DNA of 64,000 bases from Longimicrobiales bacterium (GCA_965198065.1 CBDAON010000004.1:576001-640000), one strand, 5' to 3'. Numbered from the stretch's first letter, positions 1 through 11,194 are shown. Notes: generated from the sequence alone by a model not told the origin. Translations and numbers: made by a program.

Positions 1-42
1 AGATATTGTTCATGTTCGTCACGTCGTCTGGAGTCATCAGGT

Positions 43-1197
43 TCAGAATCCCAGGGCCCACTCGACGAAGAGGCCGTCCGGCCGATCCGCTTCCCAGTGG
101 TACGCGACCTTCACCGGCACCGAGGGAGTCATCCAGTAGTTCAGGCCGAGGGCCAGCTGCTTCCGTCGGGGAATGAGCTCGCCCTGGCCGGCGACCGCGC
201 GGGGGAGGTGGGACCATCGGACGACGGGCTCCCAGGGGCTCGACATCCGCCGGCTCAACTGAACGTAATAGCCGCCGTAGTCCACCTTCTCCACGGCTCC
301 GTCCAGGAGATACTCTTGGACGAGGACCATGCCCTCTCCCTTCAGCTGGAAGAGCGGCTCCGGGCCCGACCCGGGCGCCCACACGATTCCCAGGTTGAGC
401 GCGGAAACCGTCAGATCGCCGTCCGGGTCGTAGGCTGCCCGAAAGCCCGTGCCCTGTACGGTCAAGCCCGTTGCGGACACCGCCCGCAGCGCGAGCCCCA
501 GCATCTTGTCCGTGTTGTTGTCCTCGTAATTCGAGCCGTAGACGAGAAGGGGGGCGTCGGCTTCGGACTCGGGGTCCCCCTCGTCCTCGGCACCGTCGTG
601 CGCATGCCCCCCCCCGGAAGAGCCTACCGGACCCTGACTGACCCAGAGGGATGCGGAGGTGCGCCAACCCTCCAGGAGGGGGATCGTCCACGTGGCCATG
701 GCGCCCAGATCGAAGATGATCGGGATGAGCGCGTTGGCAGCCGCTTCCCCATGGGTATCCTCGTAGAGCAGCGGCGGGGTCGGCATCTTGTTCGTCCAGT
801 TCGTGTGCATCCACAGGCCCACAGGGAGATGGAACTTCCCCGTGACGAACTGGAGCCGCTCGAAGCCATGGTAGCGGGCTTCCACGTGCTCCAGCCCGAT
901 TAGCGTTTCGTTTCCGTGGAGCCCGGCCTCGACCTCGGCTTCCATGAACACGTCTTCCGTGATCCAGGCGAGCGGCACGAGTGACAGGAGCCCCGTGAAA
1001 TCGCTCCGGCGCTCGTCCGCCCCGATGGTCGTGGAGTAGCCCACGGCCGCATACCCGGTCAGGATCGTCCGAACGGTCGGAGCCTCCTGGGCGAATGCGA
1101 GGAGGGGAGTGAGGACCGCCGAGGTGAAGCAAACGACAAGGGGTCGAAGCGCCCTCGATCTCGCGCTCCTCGGCCGCGGGCGACGTTTGAAGATCAT
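43..1197 (-). CDS. Outer-membrane beta-barrel (porin-like) protein with His-rich loop
   Basis: Within ORF 43..1716. ATG at 1197 has a GGAG SD. Signal peptide ends in AFA, amphipathic beta-strands, terminal Phe (VEWALGF), GGGHAHDG loop. Confidence 0.7.
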   Translation of the reverse strand: MIFKRRPRPRSARSRALRPLVVCFTSAVLTPLLAFAQEAPTVRTILTGYAAVGYSTTIGADERRSDFTGLLSLVPLAWITEDVFMEAEVEAGLHGNETLIGLEHVEARYHGFERLQFVTGKFHLPVGLWMHTNWTNKMPTPPLLYEDTHGEAAANALIPIIFDLGAMATWTIPLLEGWRTSASLWVSQGPVGSSGGGHAHDGAEDEGDPESEADAPLLVYGSNYEDNNTDKMLGLALRAVSATGLTVQGTGFRAAYDPDGDLTVSALNLGIVWAPGSGPEPLFQLKGEGMVLVQEYLLDGAVEKVDYGGYYVQLSRRMSSPWEPVVRWSHLPRAVAGQGELIPRRKQLALGLNYWMTPSVPVKVAYHWEADRPDGLFVEWALGF

Positions 1198-1327
1198 GTT
1201 TCGCTCCAGTCTGGATTGAGACGTTCGCTCAGTGCTCATGGGACACGGAGGTCGTGAACCTTGCCGCTTGGGGCTGTAAGCCGTCCTACGGAGTCCTACG
1301 TCGACCGGAGGCCGGCCTCGATGAGCT

Positions 1328-1762
1328 TCAGGCGGAGCGGGGAGGGGCGTTCGGAAGGTGGAGCTCGAAGGGGGCGTGACGGGGACCGATGAAGGCAGTG
1401 CTAGTGTCGATCGGTCCGGCTGTGAAGGAGAACAGAGAGGGCTCCGACTGAGCGGAGTGTCCCGAAAGGGCCCCCAGGTGATTGCCGGTGGCGACAGGGC
1501 AGTCGCCCATGCAGCCGCCGGGGGCTCCCGAGTGATCGTGCTCGTGGGTCGACGGGCCCGCGAGCGGCCCGTGGCTGGAAGCGTGATCGGAGGAGTGATC
1601 GTGAGATCCGGACGACAACGGCGCGGGCGGGGCCGGCCCCGGAACGCCGTCGTGGACCAGGCAATGCCCCACCCCGAAGGCCTGCCCCTGGGCCATCGTG
1701 AGGAACACGGCGGCAAAGAAAACAGCGGACGTGCGCCGTACGAAAGTGACTTCGCTAATCAT
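1328..1762 (-). CDS. His/Cys-rich exported small protein, DUF2946-like putative leader/arrest peptide
   Basis: Hydrophobic N-terminus, HCLVH, His-rich tract, CMGDC, C-terminal LPNAPP. Start could alternatively be GTG 1789. Confidence 0.6.
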   Translation of the reverse strand: MISEVTFVRRTSAVFFAAVFLTMAQGQAFGVGHCLVHDGVPGPAPPAPLSSGSHDHSSDHASSHGPLAGPSTHEHDHSGAPGGCMGDCPVATGNHLGALSGHSAQSEPSLFSFTAGPIDTSTAFIGPRHAPFELHLPNAPPRSA

Positions 1763-1807
1763 CCCAGATCCCAAAGTCGTTCTTGCCACTCCATCGGAGG
1801 ATGGTTG

Positions 1808-1836
1808 ATCATACTAGCGAGGTTGCGCCCGATCAA
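1808..1836 (-). promoter_or_regulatory. Sigma70-type promoter for leader protein/porin operon
   Basis: TTGATC-N17-TATGAT on minus strand. Confidence 0.5.
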
Positions 1837-1908
1837 CCCGAAGGGGAACCGACCGCCGACCGGTCTGGTGGTGCCAACAGACATCATCTGATATTGAACC
1901 CTCTACAA

Positions 1909-1948
1909 CGAGGTCAGGTCAATAAAGTGTGTAAACGGCATTAGGCGG
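1909..1948 (+). repeat. Left copy of ~40-bp direct repeat (putative recombination site)
   Basis: CGAGGTCAGGTCAA-TAAAGTG-TGTAAACGGCATTAGGCGG; 31/40 identical to 3755..3794. Confidence 0.75.
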
Positions 1949-1986
1949 CGATCCTCTCGGAGACTCCGGAGTTGCACCACGGACTG

Positions 1987-2475
1987 CTATGGGCTCACGC
2001 GGCCATCCGAGGCGACGGTGAAGCCCAACCCAGAGGCCGGGGGGTCCGTGCCCGACACCGATTGCACATCAGTGAGAGGGACGTCGTTGGCGAAGACGTT
2101 CTGGGTCACTGAAGCGGTCTGATCTCGATCGCACAGATTCGGATCAGTGATGAGAACCAGGTGGCGCACGTCCGGTGGCACATCGAACGTCGCCTCCCAT
2201 CGATCGCTACCGACCGGGACCATGTTGAACGGCTGGTAGTTGAGCCAGCTTACGTGCATATGCGTGGGCGACTCGTCTCGCACGCAGGCGAGCTCCGACA
2301 ACGAAAAATCCGTACGCAGGACCGTCGACGCCAGGTACACGATCCTCACCGCGACTGCGCCTGATCCGCCTCCGCCTGGCGGAGTCGCAGCAGAGGGTTC
2401 CGACCCACCACAGCACGCCACCATCGCGGTCGCGATCGGTCCTACCAACCAAGTACGCAGCCTCACGCTTGACAA
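1987..2475 (-). CDS. Hypothetical lipoprotein
   Basis: Within ORF 1987..2661. TTG start downstream of GGAGG (start uncertain), lipobox-like MVA-C, Gly/Pro linker, beta-rich domain. Confidence 0.55.
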   Translation of the reverse strand: MSSVRLRTWLVGPIATAMVACCGGSEPSAATPPGGGGSGAVAVRIVYLASTVLRTDFSLSELACVRDESPTHMHVSWLNYQPFNMVPVGSDRWEATFDVPPDVRHLVLITDPNLCDRDQTASVTQNVFANDVPLTDVQSVSGTDPPASGLGFTVASDGRVSP

Positions 2476-2497
2476 ATTAGCAAACACCTCCCCGAAT

Positions 2498-2542
2498 ACG
2501 GTAGAACATTGAGTACGGTAGAAGATTACACGGTAGAACATT
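2498..2542 (+). repeat. Three direct repeats ACGGTAGAA(C/G)ATT
   Basis: Copies start at 2498, 2515 and 2530, between divergent genes. Confidence 0.85.
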
Positions 2543-2553
2543 ACTTGGTCCGG

Positions 2554-3780
2554 ATGTCGATGAAGTTTTCTGCTGTCTGCACGCTCGGGCTGCTGGTGCC
2601 GCTTCCGTGCGCGATGCTCTTCGCGGCGGATCGGGCGGCGGCACAGGAACAGCCGCAACAAGAGCAGCTACCGCCGACCGATGGATGGCAGTGGTCGGTC
2701 GACGCAAATGTCTTCTTCGGCCTCAACTATCAGCACCGCCGGTTCATCAACATCCGCGAGGTAAAGCGCGAGGTCGAATCGCAGAACTGGTTGATGACGA
2801 TGGCATCCCGCACGGCCGGTCGAGGCACCCTGACCTTCCGTTCGACGTTCTCGTTCGAGCCGTTCACCATGCGTGCTATGGGCTCACCTCAGCTCCTCCA
2901 GACCGGCGAGACATTCAAGAACCGGCGATTGATCGACTACCAACACCCTCACGATTTGTTCATGGCCCTCGGGTCTGAATACCGCCGGCCAGTGGACGAC
3001 TGGATGGTGCGGGTCGGTGTTGACCTCGTCGGCGCCCCGTCCATTGGCCCGACTGTGTTCATGCACCGGCCCTCGGCCGCGGAAAATCCGCAGGCCACGC
3101 TCGGCCACCACAATATGGATGCGACCCACATCACGCACGGCGTCGTCAAAGCCGGGGTGGAGCGGGGGATCGTGGGGTTCGAGGTGTCCTGGTTTCAGGG
3201 GCGCGAGCCCGACGAGGATCGGATCGGGTTGGATCTAGACGCGCCGGACTCGTGGGCCGCTCGGCTGTCGTGGACGATCGGCCCGTGGTCTGCGCAGGTG
3301 TCCAGCGCGTGGCTTAACGAGCCCGAGCCACTCGAGCCGGGCGACGTGACCCGACTCACGGCGTCGGTCGGCTACACGCGCACCTCGGGGGACCGCTCGA
3401 CCGCCATCTTGGTGGCGTGGGGTCAGAACCGTGAGCTGTTCGGCGTCTTCGATGCCTACGTCGCGGAGGCAACGATTCGGCCCAACGCGAAAAACGCGTT
3501 CTACGGCCGGGCCGAGGTGGTTGACAAGAGCATCCTTGGAGGCGGGGTCCACATCCCCGGGGTCGTCCACCGGCATCCGGAGTCCCGAGTCGGTGCGTTT
3601 ACCGTCGGGTACGTGCGCGACCTCGTGGTTGGCCGGTACGGCCGGTTGGGACTCGGAGCCGATGTCACGCGCTATCGGATAGCCGAGGACCTGAAGTTCC
3701 TCTACGGGTCACCCCGCTCCTACCACGTGTTTCTTCGGTATCGGCCAGAGCGCTCGATGTCAGGTCAAATGGATATGTAA
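2554..3780 (+). CDS. Outer-membrane beta-barrel protein with His motifs (putative metal-related)
   Basis: Signal peptide ending AAA-Q; QHPHDLFM, GHHNMD and HITHG motifs; amphipathic strands. Confidence 0.7.
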   Translation: MSMKFSAVCTLGLLVPLPCAMLFAADRAAAQEQPQQEQLPPTDGWQWSVDANVFFGLNYQHRRFINIREVKREVESQNWLMTMASRTAGRGTLTFRSTFSFEPFTMRAMGSPQLLQTGETFKNRRLIDYQHPHDLFMALGSEYRRPVDDWMVRVGVDLVGAPSIGPTVFMHRPSAAENPQATLGHHNMDATHITHGVVKAGVERGIVGFEVSWFQGREPDEDRIGLDLDAPDSWAARLSWTIGPWSAQVSSAWLNEPEPLEPGDVTRLTASVGYTRTSGDRSTAILVAWGQNRELFGVFDAYVAEATIRPNAKNAFYGRAEVVDKSILGGGVHIPGVVHRHPESRVGAFTVGYVRDLVVGRYGRLGLGADVTRYRIAEDLKFLYGSPRSYHVFLRYRPERSMSGQMDM

Positions 3781-3794
3781 ACGGCATCGGGCGG
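3755..3794 (+). repeat. Right copy of ~40-bp direct repeat (putative recombination site)
   Basis: CGATGTCAGGTCAA-ATGGATA-TGTAAACGGCATCGGGCGG; contains the TAA stop of the upstream CDS. Confidence 0.75.
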
Positions 3795-3966
3795 GGGGAC
3801 CCCTTGGCTTCTTTCAGCACGGCGGTGGCTCCTCTCGTTGCGGGCACGAGGCCCGTGGTTGATTGGTCAACCGAAAGGCGTCACCGCCTTCCGCCTGTTT
3901 ACACACCCTCTGAAGCTACCTGAACTGCCCATGAAGTATTTGTTGACAAAACCAGAACATTTTGGC

Positions 3967-4001
3967 AAGAAAATCGGCCTCCCGAGCGAACCAGAGAGGC
4001 C
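3967..4001 (-). terminator. Intrinsic terminator after tRNA
   Basis: Minus strand GGCCTCTC...GGGAGGCC stem followed by GATTTTCTT. Confidence 0.55.
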
Positions 4002-4023
4002 TACAACCCTTGTCCCTACTGGA

Positions 4024-4097
4024 TGCCGGAGGAGGGACTCGAACCCCCGACACGCGGATTATGATTCCGCTGCTCTAACCAGCTGAGCTACTCCGGC
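4024..4097 (-). tRNA. tRNA-Met (CAT), elongator type
   Basis: GCCGGAGTAGCTCAGCTGGTTAGAGCA-GCGGA-ATCATAA-TCCGC...GGTTCGAGTCC...CCGGCA cloverleaf; G1-C72 paired so not initiator; CCA not encoded; Ile2 not strictly excluded. Confidence 0.93.
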
Positions 4098-4108
4098 GAG
4101 GGAAGAAA

Positions 4109-4133
4109 ACGCTACCCGCCGGCGGGGAGGGTG

Positions 4134-4137
<4 letters not shown>
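4109..4137 (-). promoter_or_regulatory. Sigma70 promoter of tRNA
   Basis: TTGACA-N17-TAGCGT immediately upstream of the tRNA. Confidence 0.65.
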
Positions 4138-6578
<2,441 letters not shown>

Positions 6579-6582
<4 letters not shown>

Positions 6583-7598
6583 GGCATCCCTTTCGCGTTC
6601 AGCCCGCCTTCCACGTCGAAGTGGTCGAAGCCGGCCCGGAGCTGACGTTCTCCTTCCCCGGGCGAGGACGCGGCGAGAACGACGCCCGACCCCTCCCTCA
6701 CCCGACCCACCCGGGATAGCGGAAGATCGAATCGCGCGCGGAATTCCTCCACCCCCGAATCCAGAACGCCCTCGGGCACGGCGACGAGAAGCTCGTAGTC
6801 CTCCCCCCCGTGGAGGGCCAACTCCATCGCATCCGTGCCCGGGGGAAGGTCCGCGTGAGTCAACCCCGGATGCAGGGGGGTGGCCGCCTCGTCCAGCACG
6901 ATCGCGACCCCAGACGCCGCGGCCAGGTGGCCGGCATCTCCCGCAATCCCGTCGGACACGTCGATCCCGGCTCTCGCTCCGGCCGAGCGCAGCCAGAAGG
7001 CCTCGAAGATCCGCGGGACCGGCTCGGCGTACGCCCTCCTCGCCTCGGCCGGAACGAGGCGGCCCGCCTTCCACAGCGCCACGGCGGCGGCCGCGCCCCC
7101 GAGCGTCCCTGTCACCCAAACCTCGTCTCCCACCCGGGCGCCCGACCTCAGGAGGGGGTCCATGCTTCGACCCACCGCGACCACGTCCACGACCAGGGGG
7201 CCCGGCGAGCGCGTGAGGTCGCCCCCCAGCAGGGGGATCCCGTACCGGTTCGCGAGACGCTTGACCCCGTTCATCACCGCCTCGGCGTCCGCTCCGTCCC
7301 CGGGCACCGAAACGGAGGCGAGGAGCCCGTCGGGAGGGGCAGCCATGGCCGCAAGATCGCTCAACGCCGCGGCGGCCGCCCGGTAGCCCGCCTCCTCCGC
7401 GGAGATCCAGTCCCGGCGGAAGTGGACTCCCTCGACGGACATGTCGGTCGTGACCACGACGCCGCCGACGAGCACGGCGGCGTCGTCGCCCGGGCCGACA
7501 AGAACGCCGGGCACGTCCGGAAGATGCGACAGGATAGCCCGGATCCGGTCGAACTCGGGGCCGGGACCCAGGGGGGTCGGTCGGCCGGCGGAGCTCAC
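6579..7598 (-). CDS. thiL: Thiamine-monophosphate kinase
   Basis: GPGDDAA, EGVHF, LSDLAAM, GGD, DVSDG, GGEDYEL. Confidence 0.95.
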
Positions 7599-9199
7599 CG
7601 GGGTGGGTCCACGTCCAGGGTCACGAACGGGTAGCCGAGGTCGCTCGGGGCCGGCTCCTCCAGGAGCGCCGTGCCCAGCGCGTCGGCCAGGTCGGTCGGG
7701 AGGAGCGTCTCCTTCCTACCGGTGACGGACGCCGACCGGCCCGTGTAGTGGAGCGCGACCCCGGCGGCCACCGAGGCCTCGAGTCCCCGCGCCATGAACG
7801 CCCCGGCGACCCCGGTGAGCACGTCCCCAACGCCGGCCCGGGCGAGATCCGAGGAGCCGGTCGCCGACACCCCGACGGGCCCCTCCCCGCTCCCCGCCAC
7901 CACGGATGGGGCGCCCTTGAGGAGAACCGTGGCCCCCCAACGGTCGGCCCCCGAACGGCACGTCTCCAGAGGGGAGGAACGAACGGCCTCGGCGCTCTCG
8001 CCCAGGCGGGCCATCTCTCCCGGGTGCGGGGTGAGCAGGCGCCGCTCCCTCGGGACGGACCCCGGGAAGCTCGAGAGCTTCCCTTGCCCAAGGAGCGTGA
8101 GAGCGTCCGCATCCAGGACCACTCCACCCAGCTCGGGAAGCGAAAGAAGTCGATCCAGCCGCTCCGCCTCCCCTCCCCCGGTTCCCATCCCGGGGCCCGC
8201 GGCGAGCGTGTCGCAGCTTCGGGCCGCCTCGAAGAGGCGCTCCTCGTCCGTTACATCCACGAAAATGGCCTCGGGCGCCGCCGCCTGGATCACCTCCCGG
8301 TTCTCGGGGAACGAGGCAACCTGGACGTAGCCGGCCCCGGCTCTCAGCGCCCCCCGGGCCGCCAGCACGGCAGCCCCCGCCATCCCCGGAGAGCCTGCAA
8401 GCAGGAGGACCCACCCCTCGGCCTTCTTGTGGGTCGGGTTTCGTCGGCGGGGCCGCCGGGCCCACGCCCACGCCGGCGTGAAGAGCCAGGCCGACGCCCA
8501 CCCCACGGGAGGCGGAGGGAAGCCGATCTCGACCGCGACCAGGCGGCCGACCAGCTCGCGCGCCGGAAAGAAGAGACACCCTAGCTTTGGGGATCCGAAC
8601 GCCACGGTCACGCGCGCCCGTACCGCATCGCCCGGCGTAGCCCCCGTCGTCGCATCGGCCCCCGACGGCACGTCCAGGGCAAGGACGGGCCGACCCGACG
8701 AGCTCATGGCCCGGATCACACGCGCGTGCTCGGCGCGCGGCGGTCCGCGGGCTCCGGTCCCGAGGAGCGCGTCCACGACCACGCCCGCGCCGCCCAGGAG
8801 CGAGTCCAGCGCCTCGTCGCCTTCCGGAGCCGGCTCGACCGGGACCGGCCATCCGTGGAGGAGCGGATCGGGTACGGGCCGCTCTCCGACCACTACGACC
8901 CTCACGTCCCGCCCGTGGGCGTGAAGGGTTCGGGCCAGGACGAGCCCATCTCCGCCGTTGTTCCCCGGCCCGGCCGCGACCGTGACCCGCCCCTCGGGAA
9001 AGGCGCGCTGGAGCACGAGGGCCGCACTCCGCCCGGCGTTCTCCATGAGAAGCGCCGAGGGAACGCCACGCTCGTCCATAGACCAGCGATCCAGCTCGGC
9101 GGATTCGGGGCCGGTCGGGAGAAAGACCTCTTCCCGTCCGAAGCAGCGGGGCAGCTCCGAGCTCGCGAGGAGCCCGGACGTGTCCCGGCCTTTCGTCAT
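7595..9199 (-). CDS. nnr: Bifunctional NAD(P)H-hydrate epimerase/dehydratase
   Basis: LMENAG, GNNGGDG, DALLGTG, DVPSG, LTPHPGE, G-GDVLTG. Confidence 0.93.
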   Translation of the reverse strand: MTKGRDTSGLLASSELPRCFGREEVFLPTGPESAELDRWSMDERGVPSALLMENAGRSAALVLQRAFPEGRVTVAAGPGNNGGDGLVLARTLHAHGRDVRVVVVGERPVPDPLLHGWPVPVEPAPEGDEALDSLLGGAGVVVDALLGTGARGPPRAEHARVIRAMSSSGRPVLALDVPSGADATTGATPGDAVRARVTVAFGSPKLGCLFFPARELVGRLVAVEIGFPPPPVGWASAWLFTPAWAWARRPRRRNPTHKKAEGWVLLLAGSPGMAGAAVLAARGALRAGAGYVQVASFPENREVIQAAAPEAIFVDVTDEERLFEAARSCDTLAAGPGMGTGGGEAERLDRLLSLPELGGVVLDADALTLLGQGKLSSFPGSVPRERRLLTPHPGEMARLGESAEAVRSSPLETCRSGADRWGATVLLKGAPSVVAGSGEGPVGVSATGSSDLARAGVGDVLTGVAGAFMARGLEASVAAGVALHYTGRSASVTGRKETLLPTDLADALGTALLEEPAPSDLGYPFVTLDVDPPR

Positions 9200-9232
9200 C
9201 GGGCTATGGTGGGTAGCGGCAGCAGTCCCGAT

Positions 9233-9430
9233 CTACTTGAAGCTCTGGCCGATCGTCCGACCGAAGGTGATCTCACCATTGTCGATTCGGATGTTGAACC
9301 CGCACTCCGGGTTCGAGCAGACCCACGCCTTGTAGCGGATGGTAGCGCCGTCCCGCCCGTAGTCGGAGAGGGGCAGGAGGTATCCCGTGTCACACTTCTG
9401 GCATTGGAGAAAGCGGACGTCCTGTTCCAT
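9233..9430 (-). CDS. Small zinc-ribbon protein
   Basis: 65 aa, CQKC...CSNPEC, fits operon spacing. Confidence 0.7.
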   Translation of the reverse strand: MEQDVRFLQCQKCDTGYLLPLSDYGRDGATIRYKAWVCSNPECGFNIRIDNGEITFGRTIGQSFK

Positions 9431-9436
9431 CGGGGG

Positions 9437-9817
9437 TCAGCCCCCGGCTGTCCAGGGGTAGTCTCGCTCGAAGGCGTCCTCGAAGGCGAAGAGGTCACGG
9501 AAGTCCTCGGGACGATCACCCTCCTCGGCGACGAGGATCCCGGCGTCCACGAGCGCGAACACGATCTCTCCAAGATCGTCGGTGGTGTGGATGCCCCAGT
9601 GCTCCAGCACCGTGCCGGCGAGGGGCCCGAACCGCTCGAGCGCGAGGGAGCGGGCCCCTTCGGCCAGCTCCGGCCCCGAGATATGACGCGGGCGGGGGAG
9701 TCCCTGGATCACGTGATGCAGGGAGGAAAGAAGGAAGAGGTACGCCTTTCCGTGGAACCGAGGATTGCGCTCCTTCAGGCGCTCGAGCACCTCGTCGGCG
9801 AACTGAACTTCAGTCAT
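9437..9817 (-). CDS. Minf_1886-family protein
   Basis: AYLF...RHISGPEL...FGPLA..VLEHWGI..T.D.GEIVF.LV motif. Confidence 0.8.
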   Translation of the reverse strand: MTEVQFADEVLERLKERNPRFHGKAYLFLLSSLHHVIQGLPRPRHISGPELAEGARSLALERFGPLAGTVLEHWGIHTTDDLGEIVFALVDAGILVAEEGDRPEDFRDLFAFEDAFERDYPWTAGG

Positions 9818-9877
9818 GGCGCTGAAGTTGGGCCCCGGGCGGCACCCACGCCAGGGGCAGGCCAGGCGAGGATCGGC

Positions 9878-11149
9878 TCACGCCCCCACGCTCGCGAGAT
9901 CCGGGTAGAGGGGGAAGGTGCGCGTCAGATCCGAGACCTCGGCACGGATCCGGGATCGCAGATCGGTGTCCCCGGGGCGCTCGAGGATGTCCGAGATCCA
10001 GTCGGCGATCCTCAGCATCTCCGGCTCTCTCATGCCCTGGGTGGTAAGGGCGGGTGTGCCGATGCGGAGACCCGACGTCACGAACGGCGAGCGGGTCTCG
10101 CCGGGGACGGTGTTCTTGTTCACAGTGATGCCCGCCTCCTCAAGGGCGCGCTCGGCGTCCTTGCCCGTGAGCTCGCCCCGATCGCGGAGGTCCAGGAGGA
10201 TCATGTGGTTGTCGGTGCCCCCCGAGACGAGGCGGAACCCACGCTGCATGACGCGGTCACCCAGGGCCTTCGCGTTCCTGACGATTTGCGTCTGGTACTC
10301 CTTAAACTCCGGCTGGAGCGCCTCGTGGAGCGCGACGGCCTTGGCGGCGATGATGTGCATGAGGGGCCCTCCCTGGGTCCCCGGGAAGACGGCCTTGTCT
10401 ACGATTTTCGCGTGTGACTCCTTCGCGAAGATCATGCCGCCCCGCGGCCCCCGGAGCGTCTTGTGCGTGGTCGTCGTCACCACGTCCGCGTGCGGGATGG
10501 GGCTCGGGTGGAGCCCCGTGGCGATGAGCCCCGCGATGTGGGCCATGTCCACCATGAGGACGGCCTCCGCCTCCCGGGCGATCGCCCCGAACGCCTCGAA
10601 GTCGAGAATGCGTGGATACGCGCTCGCCCCGGCGACGATCAGCTTCGGACGCTCGCGGAGAGCCTGCTCCCGGAGCACGTCGTAATCCACGCGCCCATCC
10701 TCCTCGCGGACGCCGTACGCACTCACCCGGTAGAGGATCCCCGACGCATTGACTGGGGACCCGTGCGTGAGATGCCCTCCGTGGGAGAGGTTCATTCCCA
10801 GCATGCGGTCGCCCGGCTCCAGGAAGGCGAGGTAGACCGCCATGTTAGCCTGGGCGCCCGAGTGCGGCTGGACGTTCACATGGTCGGCGGCAAAGAGCTC
10901 CTTCGCCCTCTGGCGGGCGAGCTCCTCCACCACGTCCACGAACTCGCACCCGCCGTAGTAGCGCTTTCCCGGAAGCCCCTCCGCGTACTTGTTCGTGAGG
11001 ACGGAGCCGGCGGCCTCGAGCACCGCCCGTGACACGAAATTCTCCGACGCGATCAGCTCGAGCTGGCCTGCCTGCCGGAGGACTTCCCCCTGAATCGCCA
11101 CGTAGACTTCAGGATCGACGCTCGAAAGTTGGAGCTGGGGCCGATACAT
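9878..11149 (-). CDS. glyA: Serine hydroxymethyltransferase
   Basis: [34 protein letters not shown]; start may be GTG 11185. Confidence 0.97.
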   Translation of the reverse strand: MYRPQLQLSSVDPEVYVAIQGEVLRQAGQLELIASENFVSRAVLEAAGSVLTNKYAEGLPGKRYYGGCEFVDVVEELARQRAKELFAADHVNVQPHSGAQANMAVYLAFLEPGDRMLGMNLSHGGHLTHGSPVNASGILYRVSAYGVREEDGRVDYDVLREQALRERPKLIVAGASAYPRILDFEAFGAIAREAEAVLMVDMAHIAGLIATGLHPSPIPHADVVTTTTHKTLRGPRGGMIFAKESHAKIVDKAVFPGTQGGPLMHIIAAKAVALHEALQPEFKEYQTQIVRNAKALGDRVMQRGFRLVSGGTDNHMILLDLRDRGELTGKDAERALEEAGITVNKNTVPGETRSPFVTSGLRIGTPALTTQGMREPEMLRIADWISDILERPGDTDLRSRIRAEVSDLTRTFPLYPDLASVGA

Positions 11150-11194
11150 GGAGTCGATCGCGCTCCCGCTGGTATGGAGGGGCACTGAGCTGCC

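Noticed and set aside
1..37. Possible start of a next minus-strand gene (MTPDDVTNMNNI...) after the porin
   Set aside because: Only 12 codons visible; cannot be supported or identified.
1871..1946. Integron attC site (imperfect hairpin TATTGAACC...GGTCAATA, ends ATTAGGC)
   Set aside because: No GTTRRRY/RYYYAAC pair, the right-hand repeat copy lacks the hairpin, and no intI is present.
2498..2542. Mini-CRISPR interpretation of the triple repeat
   Set aside because: Repeats are 13 bp with 2-4 bp gaps, there are no spacers and no cas genes.
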